Positions 1 to 12,052 of a stretch of 64,000 bases of DNA are shown here, piece after piece. The stretch covers positions 48,422,001-48,486,000 of the forward strand of contig NW_026262679.1 in assembly GCF_021869535.1 (NCBI RefSeq), given 5' to 3'. How positions within the stretch are numbered: position 1 is the first letter of the stretch; every line of letters begins with the position of its first letter. The translations under genes and the position numbers were made by a program. The notes under the pieces are model-generated. The model ran no database searches. It saw only the letters and a program-made list of their open reading frames with translations, and was not told the origin of the DNA. This stretch comes from Mytilus californianus. Its lineage: Eukaryota.

Positions 1-2339
1 CTTATTATGCGATATGAGTTTTGCTAACTGTTTGAGAATGTACTGTGACCTATAGTAGCTATCTTTTACGTCATTTGGTCTTTTGTTCAGAGTTGTCTCA
101 TTTGGAAAAATTTCACATCTTCTTAATTTTATTTTAACTCATCAAAACAGTTCTAAGCACAAAACAACTAACTAACGACAAAACATTCAAAGGACTTACA
201 TGTATTAAAGATTACTTAATTAACTGATACCTAGTTCAAAGCCCTAAAGTATAACATTAACTTATAGACCTTGTTCTCCAATAACTTAAAAAGCTAACCG
301 TATACCAACGGATTTTTTTGTATAAAAGAAACACATGGCATTGTCCACTGCTCGTATAAAAGTATCGTCAAGATACAGGACCGTCAGTTTCATCGCCCCA
401 GCGTTAAATTTTTGTCTGCTGTATAATGAGCGAATATTTTATAATTTCAATTTAGTGACAGAAACGGTGAGTTTCCATCTTTTCAATTACAGAAGGAGCT
501 AAAAGCAGATATATTTCAATCAAATTTTTGAAAAACCATTTAATCAGATAAGAAATGTTCTGTTTAATAAGTTTGTGCGGTAGTGGAGCGTGCAGTCGTC
601 AATCCATACCTGTTAAAAGAAGTAAAATAACACAAAATGCGGAAATGTTTCTTCAGTAATGCTCAAGATCAACATATTTGAAATCCAAAAATAAATGCTA
701 ACGCAAGTCGTATCAAATCAAAAAGGACCTAAAATATAGCCAAATCTGTACACTTCAGTTTATAGCACGCAATGAATTTAAAATATTCAAAACGATTTTT
801 AACTTTAAAAAAAAATGTTATTTTCGTATATGTAGTTAGAAATCAACAAAATGAAGGGATAGAAAGATTTTTCTGAAGGTAACACTTGCTGGAAGGCGAG
901 ATGAAACGAAAGACGTTAGTAGGCAATACATAGTATGGCCCTATACAATTTCTGTGGAGTCCTTGAGCTAATGTAACGGTAAAATTGTTTATTAATTAAC
1001 TATTCATAGAACATACAGACTTGAATATAAAACAATTGTTATTCCATTCATCAGTACGTTTGTGTAGTATTTTCATCATATCGCTACAACACAGTTGGCT
1101 GCTTTGTTGGTCATTTAGAGTGCCTATGAAGTGTATTACTAATCCAAGGAGTGGAAGTATTATCAAGCCTTTAGAAATAAGTCAATTATTTTTAAACGTG
1201 ATGGGGAAATATCTACAATAATCGTACATTTATTGAAATGGGAATAAAAGGATTTCTTTTTTATTTGATTTTTCATGCTCAAACCGTATTTTAAATAGGT
1301 CCAATTTATTTTCGATGCTGGACCATATTTTGATGTTTTTTAAGAACGTTTATAAGCTCACGGTCTTGAACGATGATATGGTATTTTTTAATAGTATGGG
1401 TATAAAGTTTCTTATTCAAACTTCGATGTTTCAAAGTCCCCAATTCATTGTAAATATTTTTATATACTAATACTGATATCTGATGTAATTCATAAAATAG
1501 AAAATAAACAAAACAAAGAGTAATAGATATGCTTTATATATTTGATACGTACCAAGTCAAGAATATGACAGTTGTTATCCATTCGTTTGATGTGTTTGAT
1601 CTTTTGATTTTGCCATTTGATTGGGGACTTTCCTTTTTGAATTTTCCTCGGAGTTCAGTATTTTTGTGATTTTCGAAGCGCTTAGTAAGATTTATCTACA
1701 TTAATAGAAAATTAATACTTTATAAATTAAGTCTATCCAAAGCGCTTGATTTTGGAACTAAAATAATTTTTTCTTGTTTTTAAAAGTATAATGGTTTTTA
1801 GACCCAACAATATAAGTTGGTAATCTTTGCTGTGTTCGAACAAAAACATAACAAGACCGCAGCTGTATCATAATGTAACTCTTCGCAATATTGAATTAAA
1901 TTGAATTTTTAAGTCTGTTGTGTTGTATGTCTTTGATGTATGTTTAAACAGTTTTGGTTGCTGGTTCCCATTTACTGTCATGTAAACTAATTATGTCTGT
2001 TTGGGTTGCTCACGCAATTTTGTCAATACAACGGAACTATGAATAACTGTTATGCAAGTGGGAGTTTAAGCTAGCTATAAAAGTCATTTTCCTGTACCAA
2101 GTCAGGAATACGACAGTGGTTTTCCATTCGTTCTGTTGGTTGATATAGTCGATCGTTTGATTTTGTCCGGTTGTAATTGTTCCCCCTTTATAAATTTACC
2201 TTGAAGATCGGTATTGTTTATAATACCTTTTTATGTATATGGGCATGTTGCGGAGAAATTTTGTGAACTATAAGACACAAAACTTAAAATTTTACAATTA
2301 ACAATTGATGACTAAAATTAGCATAGACCCATCGAAACA

Positions 2340-4341
2340 ACATCTGATACAAAAATTTAATAACATTTTTAGATATTTGGATGATATATTGGCTCTCAAT
2401 AATGACGACTTCAGTTTGTACACTAAAAATATTTATCTTTCTGAATCGACTTTAAATAAAACTAATAGAAGTGGGACATTTAAAGACGTATCGTATCCGT
2501 ATCTGATACGTTGACGTATCTGCATGTATTATATTTACATACTTGCTTCTTGTATGTCAAAATTCTGTCTTAATCACATTTATTGCCCTTAAAGTGATGT
2601 ATCTACGATATATATTTACAGTACCTATAATACAATTATAAAAACATTACATGGACGACACCAGAAGCTAACATTTACACACATTTAACAATCACGTGAT
2701 TTTCGTGTCAATCTGTATACTTGTATAAATTTTAGCACTCGATATTTGAATCATTAGAACTACCCAGGCGTGAAGTTCAATTACAAAATAAATAAAGTTA
2801 AGGATTGTGTACCCTTGGTTGTTTCAATGCTAAACATATGGACATTTTATAGAAATCCACAGCCTTTCACCTTGTCCTCAGGCTCTTATATTTGACAATT
2901 CGGTGCGTGTTATATAGAGGATTATTACATATCGTGCTAGCAATGGTTTTCTTTAAACAAGTTTATCAATAAAGATATTGGTTAAAACAAATAAAAGTAT
3001 GGACCAATTCAAGTACACCTCCTGTAGGGTGCGCTCGACTTTAGTGACTCAGCACGATGAGTTTTGGAATATAAAGGTTGTTTATGATTTTTTGTTAAAA
3101 ACAAACGCTAGCACATCATGGACAAACAAGTAAGTAATCTACGTTTATAATTTTATAACGAAAATCTCTGTATTGAAGTCTGTAGGTTTTCTGCAAAAAT
3201 CTTTGCTTTATTTGCTACAAAATCACTATTTTCTATAAAATACAATAAAACATAGATAATATTTCTTTGAATCAATTTCCTATTGGTATATGTACGAAAT
3301 GACAGATCTCTTTTATTCGTTATCTTCGCTGTTTTGCTATTATTTCATCTTATACATTTCGTACTACACAGGACTACAGAAGCGGTTATAAACCGTACGT
3401 GAACAATATTTATACACATACTTTATTGCTTGTAAATGAGGATTGTGTCGGATTTATTACTTATACCAATAATAATAAATTTGTAAATTGGCAGGCAATA
3501 CTTTTTTTCCCAAATATTTAAACTGAAAGAGACCGAAAAAATCTGCATCACCCTTTCCTTATATTTCCCCGCTTTTCCCTATTCTCGAAATCTCTACCAC
3601 GATTTTGACTCGATCATTAACTACATTTGCATTATTATTAAAATTCACGCCTGAAAATGATGACGGTTTAAATATCTTTTGTTTAGATATATACGATTAT
3701 TCATAAATTAAAAACTATCATGTCATAAAAAGAGTGTATTAATGACCGAAAGATATCTAACATAGAAAAAACACATATACATGTACTATTTAAACACGTA
3801 AATGATCATTTAAACAATAACCCATAGATACGTTCAGATACGTCAACGTATCAGATACGGATACGATACGTCTTTAAATGTCCCACTTCTAATACTAACA
3901 ATGAACACTGCCCTTTCCTGGATCTTGATATCTATATCTTTAACGGGAAGCAACTTGTTCGATAAGCTCGTGTATGTACCAACGTATTTCATTTAAACGA
4001 AAGAAACCTCTGTATTACTGAAAATTTATTACACCAGGGTTTCCGACATCACAAACTAGTCAAAACATTTACAAAATTTTATCATCGGTACAAGGACATC
4101 ATTCGTAAATATAAATCAATATGCAAACATCTTATACGTTCAGGTATTTCACATCCAATCTTTTATGGTTATATTCTATGCAAAGCACAAAAATGTCGAC
4201 ATTCACCTCAAAAGCTAAACAAAAATTTAAACAGACTTATTCAGAAGGTATATAGTTACGATACTGTTGTCAGGTCATTAAAGATGGCATATTTTGGTAT
4301 TAATATTGATTCCCTCATAGGATCCTTGCATCGGAAATAAA
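2340..4341 (+). pseudogene. Penelope-like retroelement RT C-terminal fragment, split by a TIR element at 2466-3891
   Basis: 2340-2465 reads FRYLDDILALNNDDF...LNKTN. After the insertion, 3892 onward continues TNNEHCPFLDLDIYI...QLVR*ARVC...LLHQGFRHHKLVKTFTKFYHRY...SLHRK*. Same motif series as the RT at 6035-6625. Internal deletion and a stop present. Confidence 0.75.
2466..3891. mobile_element. Non-autonomous DNA transposon with perfect 57-bp terminal inverted repeats
   Basis: 2466-2522 TAGAAGTGGGACATTTAAAGACGTATCGTATCCGTATCTGATACGTTGACGTATCTG is the exact reverse complement of 3835-3891. Removing the element restores the host RT text. TSD is AAT or TAATA depending on where the ends are placed. 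No transposase ORF in the track. Confidence 0.85.
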
Positions 4342-6029
4342 CACATTTATTCTAAAACCAGTTGTTGGCATAATACGGGTTATGTTCTTCTCATATGTTT
4401 TATGACGGTATGATACTAAACCCCTAACGGGAGGGATTGTGCTTGATTTTCATATGATGAAGACATTATTTTTCAATCAGTTTAAATTATGTCTGGAGCT
4501 GGCATGTCAGTAACTGCTGGTAGTCCTTTGTTAATTAAGGTATCCTTGTCATTTTTCTTAGTTTCTTTTGTTACCTATTCGGACTTAGACTTCTTTTAAA
4601 CTGAGTTTTACTGTGCGTATTGCTGTTTGTTTGTTTTTTTCTATATTCAGCTGAGGCCCGCCTCCGAATGCGGGATTTTCTCGCTGTGTTGAAGACACAT
4701 TGGTGACCTTCATCTGTTTTCTGGTCTTTGGTCGGGTTGTTGTCTCTTTGACACATTCCCGATTTCCATTCTCAATTTTATCAGTATCAAAATCAGGTAA
4801 AGAGTGATAAACAAACTTCTATCTTTTGTTATATTCTTATTCAACAAATGCATTTCATCGGTATTAAAGTTATGATACGAAACGATAAATATTTAACACT
4901 TTACCTGTAGAAACAACGCATTAATAGTGTTCACGTAATCTATTTTTTTTGTGTGTTTAAAAAAATTGTCGGGTCCAGAGAAATAAAGGATACCTCTTAA
5001 CACAGGGCACATGATAACAGCAATCTTTTTCTAAACGTCCGTCGCTCTATGTTTGAACACGAAATACTTGAGTATTTCAATTGTTTGAACTCAACATTTA
5101 TATCTAACGTTTAAAGCAAAGAGTAATTTGACATTCTGCTGTCTACAGACAAATGCCAGTGACTGGGAACGTCCTCTTAAGGGTTATAAGAAGAACTTTA
5201 TTTTACTGCCAACATCATGACTTGGTTTGTATTTATAGAATAAATGTTCCATATGTCAGCAACAATTCTTTCCACCTCTCTTCGTCTATGAATTATCATC
5301 AACCATTCATTCGCGAAGCACAAGTGGTGCAACAACCTGAAAAAAATTCTGAACGCATTAGACTCACCCCCGTTTTTTGGTGGATTTCTTACTTGTATAT
5401 AAAATCTTAAGATTCTGTAAAGTGGTTGGTTTTAGTGTCATTTTGTTTGTCGTTCATGTTATTTTTTTTTTTGTTGTGTATTCTTCACTATATTTTAAGT
5501 TTGTCTTTTTGTTTCCTTAGTTATTGTCTTTTCTTATTTATATTCCGTGTAGGTATTTTTTTCAAACTTAACCGAAAAGAATGAAAAAGAGACGTCGGTA
5601 ACGAGTCAATGAGACAGCATTCCAACGACGCAAAAATGCAACCTATGATATTCAAAAATAGACAGACCTTTTTACATGTGAAGCTCTAAATCGCCCAGAG
5701 TATCAAAAATCTGCCATCAACACAAAATTAAAAAATGATACAAACAGAAAGATATGTGAAATTGCAAGAACAGAGATGTTTCTTAAAAGGGACAGGAGCA
5801 TGACAAATACCTAAATTAATTTTCCGAGACCTGAACCCGATCCGTTTTCATCTCAGTCTTTAGAACTACAAAAGGAAAAACACAAAAATCAATATCAGAA
5901 AAAAATTGTACACATGTACTTCCAAACTTGTGGTCCAGCCAGGCTTGTATTCAACACGTTATTTTTTTACAGTTTTAACTGTATTTTACCAAGTTTAACT
6001 TTTACATTAAGATCAGACTCGAAGTTTAA

Positions 6030-6625
6030 ACTGTATGGACTTTTTAATCGACAATATATTTGTTGAGTTTCGAGGATTGGTATTTCAACAGACAGTCGGT
6101 ATTCCAATAGGTACTAATTGTGCAGCCCTTCTGGTCGATTTATTTTTGTACTCGTATGAAGCAGAATTCATTCGAATCCTTCTAAAAGACAAAAAGAAAA
6201 AGTACCTTGCGAAATTCTTTAATTTTACTCTCAGATATATTGATGATGTCCTATCACTGAATAACCAATATTTCAGTCAGTACTTGCATCTCATATATCC
6301 CAGTGAAGTTGAAATTAATGATACTACTGATACTAGAAGGACTGCTTCTAAATTTGATCTTTTCCTCAATATTGACATAGATGAGCGTCTTCACACTAAA
6401 ATCCATGACTAACGGGATGATTTCAACATCCTAATTATTAATTTCCCATTTCTCAGCAGTAACATACCCTCTGCTCCGTCGTATGGTTTTTACATATCTC
6501 AATTGATACGTTATGCTCGTGTATGTTCACACTATACGGACATCATATACAGGAGTGTGGTGCTTACGCAGAAACTGCTCCAACAGAGTTATGAGGAGGG
6601 AAGATTAAAAAAGACACTCCGTTAT
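6030..6625 (+). pseudogene. Penelope-like retroelement reverse transcriptase fragment (probably Naiad-type)
   Basis: ORF 6035-6412 has FQQTVGIPIGTNCAALLVDLFLYSYE and RYIDDVLSLNN (RT motifs). Past an in-frame TAA it continues RDDFN..INFPFLSSNIPSAPSYGFYISQLIRYARVCS. Truncated at both ends. Clade assignment is inference. Confidence 0.85.
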
Positions 6626-8667
6626 TTGTTGCCATTTTAGCGATATTTTTTAACATTGCCATATAAGCGGGAGGTTTGGCCAAGCATAAAACCAGGATCA
6701 ACCCACCATTTTTTTCTTAAAATGTCCTGTAACAAGTCAAGAATATGGCAGTTGTTATCAAAAAGTCCGTGTCTGTGTATATTGGCGTTTGTTTTTGTTG
6801 CAGTTCAGTATTTCTGTTGTTCCGTTGTTTTCCTCTTATAGTTTATGTGTTTCCCTCGGTTTTAGTTTGTAACCCGGATTTGTTTTCTCTTAATCGATTT
6901 ATGTCGTTTGAACAGCGGTATACTACTGTTACTTTTATTAGTGATGGTAAAGTACAGATTAAATTGTGTTAACGTATGGTTAAAATCACTTACAATGTGT
7001 CTTGTACAGTTAAATGCTGTTTGAAGTCAGGAATATGACAGTTGTTTTCCATTCGATTGATGTGTTTGAGCTTTTAATTTTGCCATTTCATAAAGGACTT
7101 TCTGTTTTGAATTTTCCTTGAAGTTCCGTTTTTTTTTTTTTTTTTTTTACTTTTTGATACAGTTAATGCAGTTTAGTGAAGTGTGTACACAAGTTAAAAC
7201 AGATTTTTTAGAATTGAAAATTTAGTTTAGCTAAATATATGTTCAATTCTATAGAGATTTCATGGTTAACAGATCAATTTGGATTGTTTACGATTGTGAC
7301 TGTTTTGGTTTCATTTGTCTGTTTGCATTGGACTTAGTGGGTATAGTATACTAGTTTTTCATTTAGATATAAAAATAAGAAAATGTGGTATGATTGCCAA
7401 TGAGACAACTCTCCGCCAGAGACCAAATGACGTTATATCTAACAACTATATGTCACCGTACAGCCTTCAACAATGAGCAAAACTCATACCGCATAGTAAG
7501 TTTAAAAGGCCTCGAGATGACAAATGTAAATCAAATCAAATTAGAAAACTAACGGCCTGGCTTTTGTACAAAGCATATGTCTGTATGAGTTAATGTGTAA
7601 GATATATGTCTAACTATGGTCAACAATCAATCAATGTCGTGTTAAATCAAACAAGACTATTCCTATTGGAACATGCCATGAAAATTATACGCTTGTATTT
7701 TTTTAGCTTTACACTTTTTTGTTTTCCATGGAGTTTTGTTGATGGTTGGCCTTAGTTAAAATCATCTGAACATTTAACTCATTAAAATAATTTATAAAAA
7801 GTAAAATAACAAAAATACCGAACTCCAATCGACATTCAAAGCGGAAAGTCCTTTATCAAATGGCAAAGTCAATTATATTGACAACAAGGTGTGAGCAAAA
7901 CAAACAGACATAAAAGATAAAAATGTCAAAAATTGGAGTACAGCAGTCAACATTGTGTTATAATCTTAATCACTATAAAACAAACAACTATGTGAACAAT
8001 GATAAAACAAAATGGCATTTAGACACTCTATAGACAAAGCACATAAGCAAAAATGAAAGACAAGAACACAAAAAATGATCATAGCACAATAACACAATGG
8101 TGGGATGTATAAATACCGAGCCACGCCAAAAGGATATTACAAAAAATGGACTAAACAGTTAAGGTTAAAAATATACAAAGACAAATAAAAAGAATACTAT
8201 AACACGTAATTAAGATGATTAACAACGTCAGTGGTTCAGAAAAATTGATACCGTTTATGTTATTCCTAGAATCTATACTTCAAGACCATCATGTATTATT
8301 TGTGACGTTGATACGGAATAATTTTACAACAAGGTCTTGGTATCTTCCGATGAACTTTTTAAGAAAAGGTACAAGACGTTCTTTGACACAACCCTGGTTC
8401 ATCAACTTCCTGCTCAGACACTGGTTGCGTAATCAATTGTTATAACATTTAGGAATACAAGAGTCTTGTGATTTTGATGAGAGTATATGTTTTATTTGAA
8501 AATATTACAAACAACCTTTAGAAATTATTGTTCTTAATCTATCACTTAGTAATATGTAAACTATGAAATTCAAAGCATATCCTATTAGTAAACCAATGTC
8601 TTTGAAATTTACTATTATACTGAACCATTCGTTAGAGTTTGCAAAGTCTGGAAACATAGCAAACTGT

Positions 8668-9474
8668 TCATAAAGGATCGTTTGAATGAATTAGAAATAC
8701 GATACAGATTATTAAAATAACTATAGCTGATCTCTTATTCTTTTTACGAATGGCCAATGATTCTGATGTAGCAACAATTTTCTTGAAACAAGTCAGTTTG
8801 CAGCTTATGAAAGTTGTACAGAAAACTACTAATGCCATTAAGGTCAGGTTTACTAGGTACATCAACTGAGAGGTGGCTAGTTGGATGTCACGTGGTAATT
8901 CTTCAGAACAACACATTCCATTGAGTTCATGCAAGATACTGCATTTGTCCACCAAAGTAGGACAGAATATGACAATTGATGAGACGGCTATTACAGCAGA
9001 TGATACAACAGAAAACTTTATATTAATAGAACGTTTTGTCCAAAATGGAAATGAAATTGACACAGCCTTGTGCAAGGAAAGTACTGTCGTGAAAAGTACT
9101 GACATCAAATTAAATGCAAATGAGTTTGTCCTAATAATAGTGTATGTCACACATGACGGATACCACCAATACCACATTAAAACTCCAGCAGGATGTTGCA
9201 CGGGCTTATAAAGTCCTAATACATGCAGTGAAACTGTTGAGATTGAAGTTAAAAGATCGGACAAAGCCAACCCGGACAACCAAACTGTAATTGGTGACAT
9301 ATTTTCTTTTTTCAGGAATATGACAACTACTAAGGTGTTTACCAATAAGATTTCCACAGCTATAGCACATTCAGCATATACTATTTCTTTCTTTGGCATA
9401 TAAGACCATTCATTATAACATTCAAAATCTAACCTTGCTGTACAGTTAATACCATTTAGGTGTAATACCACCAT
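8668..9474 (-). CDS. 7TM half of GPCR copy A (TM1-TM6), using an ATG supplied by the inserted element
   Basis: Part of ORF 8668-9516. The first ATG (9474, MVVLHL) lies inside the transposon end. The ORF stops prematurely at 8668 because of the TM6 frameshift. Expression unknown. Confidence 0.4.
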   Translation of the reverse strand: MVVLHLNGINCTARLDFECYNEWSYMPKKEIVYAECAIAVEILLVNTLVVVIFLKKENMSPITVWLSGLALSDLLTSISTVSLHVLGLYKPVQHPAGVLMWYWWYPSCVTYTIIRTNSFAFNLMSVLFTTVLSLHKAVSISFPFWTKRSINIKFSVVSSAVIAVSSIVIFCPTLVDKCSILHELNGMCCSEELPRDIQLATSQLMYLVNLTLMALVVFCTTFISCKLTCFKKIVATSESLAIRKKNKRSAIVILIICIVFLIHSNDPL

Positions 9475-11291
9475 TGATTTTCCCCTATTAGTCTTTGTTA
9501 AATTTGCACTTTTCAAAAAATTGTGCAGAATTTATCTTTGTTTCAAATAAAGAAATACTTGGCATGAGTAAAGTTTTATCCTGTCCAGTACTATAGAAAA
9601 AATTTCACATAACATTTCATTGCATATAAGAAAATAACCATCACTGGAAGTTAACCAATCAAATTTTCCCCCTTTTTTAACCTGTGTACAAGCTTTAGTA
9701 ACCATGTAACCTCAAGTTTCCAAAATATTCTATAGAAACCCCAAATAAAGAAATAATGGTGCTTTGAAATACCCAAGATATATGTTTATGACTCAGAAAT
9801 GTTTTACTGCAATGAAATGTAGGATCAATTACCTACAACTGTCAAATTCAAGGGAATATTTTTTTTCGACCTATTTTCGTATGCAACCGGATGTGACGTA
9901 CTATGATTTGGTGGTATTACACCTAAAGAAGACTTTTTTGTTGAATAAACTGAATGTGACTTTTTTCCTTTGTAATACTGGTTATTTCAAGCATTCCTGT
10001 CAAGTTTTGTCATAATCAGTTCAATAGTTGGAGAAAAATCTAGTATAATGTAAGACGACATCTACAGCGATTCGAGCAAAATTTCTTCGAAAAATTCAAA
10101 CCAAGCCGCATCATGATAGAATATAGTGTGGACCAATAAATGATCAAATATTTATCTCATCTGCCTACAAACAGTTGAATATGATACAAAAGATGACTTT
10201 AGGATGATAAATACTACTAATGGACCTCTTATTCTTCCTTATAAAGTCTCTTTTGGTCCATTTATACCTCTCATTTCCTCAAAATTTCTACTTTTTAGGC
10301 CAATAAATAAAAATTTTGGGGTAACTTTCACTCATTTATGATAGGAATGTTATTATAAATGATTAATTGAAGTATTCAAGCTGCTTGAACTATCCGTATA
10401 AAAGTTTACTGTCTCCAAGGAGGTTTCAATAAGTCCTTGCCTAAAACTTAAATTTACGCCGCGTTCCAGAGAGGGACATAAAAAACTTCTCTTTTGGTGA
10501 ATAATTTGTTGTTACTGCTTTAAAAATAATTTCATTTACTTAAAACTATATATTTATTAAAGTATTTCTTAGGAAAAAATTTCTAGTATAGCAGAATATA
10601 AGAAATAAGGAGAAAAAGCTCCCCAAGACTCTAAGTATGGCTTGTTCTGTCAACTAATATTCATGGTTAAGTCCTATTTCAAGGAAATTTTCTCATAAAA
10701 TGTATTTTGGAGACTCAATCCACTCAGAATATTTCATTATTTGTAATATTTCACTTAAATAGCAAGAAATTTTAACACATGAGAGTACTCACAAGGTCAA
10801 AGGTGCATTTACAGCTTTCCATATTAGGTGTAATACCACCATTGATTTTCCCCTATTAGTCTTTGTTAAATTTGCACTTTTCAAAAAATTGTGCAGAATT
10901 TATCTTTGTTTCAAATAAAGAAATACTTGGCATGAGTAAAGTTTTATCCTGTCCAGTACTATAGAAAAAATTTCACATAACATTTCATTGCATATAAGAA
11001 AATAACCATCACTGGAAGTTAACCAATCAAATTTTCCCCCTTTTTTAACCTGTGTACAAGCTTTAGTAACCATGTAACCTCAAGTTTCCAAAATATTCTA
11101 TAGAAACCCCAAATAAAGAAATAATGGTGCTTTGAAATACCCAAGATATATGTTTATGACTCAGAAATGTTTTACTGCAATGAAATGTAGGATCAATTAC
11201 CTACAACTGTCAAATTCAAGGGAATATTTTTTTTCGACCTATTTTCGTATGCAACCGGATGTGACGTACTATGATTTGGTGGTATTACACC
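9459..11291. mobile_element. Composite DNA transposon: two 465-bp long terminal direct repeats around a 903-bp internal region (KolobokP-like, non-autonomous)
   Basis: 9459-9923 and 10827-11291 appear identical. Each is bounded by a 15-bp TIR, GGTGTAATACCACCA/TGGTGGTATTACACC. TTTA is duplicated only at the outer ends (9455-9458, 11292-11295). The paralogous site at ~32300-32340 is empty. Confidence 0.85.
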
Positions 11292-12052
11292 TTTAATAGT
11301 TCGCTTATTTTTGAAACGCTTAGTAAGATTGTATGGTTAGTTAGTTTACCTATGTGACTCAAGAACTCATTTGTGCAAACCTGGGCAGAGAACTTGACAT
11401 TTAAGATTTTAGCATCGACTTTATCATAAGCATGTAACATGTACAATGAACCGTTTCCAAACTCACTGACATGACCATGTGATGTAAATTGAAAGTTGTT
11501 TTCATTCGTGAGTCTTAAAAATCGTTGACAGTTAGAATACTCCATAAGAAATGCGTTCAACTGAGATTGTGTCAACAATGGTTCGATGTCATAGAGATTT
11601 GAAAACGACGCCATACATTTTGAATCTATGAAATATATATTTGAATAACTAAGTAGTTCCAATCTTAATTCATGAATAGCCTTATTTTCAAATCTTAAAT
11701 TGTTTGGAATTAAAGGACAAATCAGTGTACTGTTTTCACAAGTTGGTGACTTCAGCATTTTAACCATTTTTGTTTTTGTTATTTCGTGAAATTGCTTGCC
11801 AGTCTTCACATAATTCCACAGTAATTTTACACACTTCGGTTGTACTAATTCAAGAACGAATGACGAATAATCGTCATAATCAATCACTCGAAACATGCTA
11901 GGAAATGGCCCACTAATTGACGTGATTCTAAACCTTTTCCATTCAGATGTATCCAGTTCTTCAATGGTCGTACAGTTTGACTCATCTCTCAAAACAAACG
12001 AATATGTGAATTTCAAAACACATAGAAACAAAATATTCGTTATACGAACCAT
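11285..12052 (-). CDS. N-terminal (signal peptide plus ectodomain) half of GPCR copy A, 255 aa, terminated inside the transposon TIR
   Basis: Open ORF from ATG 12052 with a hydrophobic N-terminus (MVRITNILFLCVLKFTYSFVL), several Cys and N-glycosylation sequons (NCT, NST, NGS, NHT). The stop TAA (11285-11287) is in the TIR. Confidence 0.55.
   Translation of the reverse strand: MVRITNILFLCVLKFTYSFVLRDESNCTTIEELDTSEWKRFRITSISGPFPSMFRVIDYDDYSSFVLELVQPKCVKLLWNYVKTGKQFHEITKTKMVKMLKSPTCENSTLICPLIPNNLRFENKAIHELRLELLSYSNIYFIDSKCMASFSNLYDIEPLLTQSQLNAFLMEYSNCQRFLRLTNENNFQFTSHGHVSEFGNGSLYMLHAYDKVDAKILNVKFSAQVCTNEFLSHIGKLTNHTILLSVSKISELLKV

Larger units (their letters stand above)
8505..12052 (-). pseudogene. 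Class A (rhodopsin-like, peptide-receptor-type) GPCR with long N-terminal ectodomain, interrupted by a transposon and a TM6 frameshift (copy A)
   Basis: Excising 9459-11291 plus one TTTA joins ...SKISELL to NGINCTARLDFEC in frame. TM1 N (LVNTLVVVIF), TM2 LSGLALSDLL, TM3 end HKAVSISFPF. After a frameshift near 8690 the text continues FIQTILYEQF...GYALNFIVYILLSDRLR (NxxxY, TM7) to a TAA at 8505-8507. Confidence 0.85.

Noticed and set aside
8873-9211. 112-aa plus-strand ORF, conserved at 31499-31723
   Set aside because: Antisense shadow of the GPCR coding region; conservation is explained by the duplication.
9764-10015. 83-aa ORF as a possible transposon protein
   Set aside because: Starts in the direct repeat, has no DDE, THAP or His-Me motif, and has a non-ATG start.
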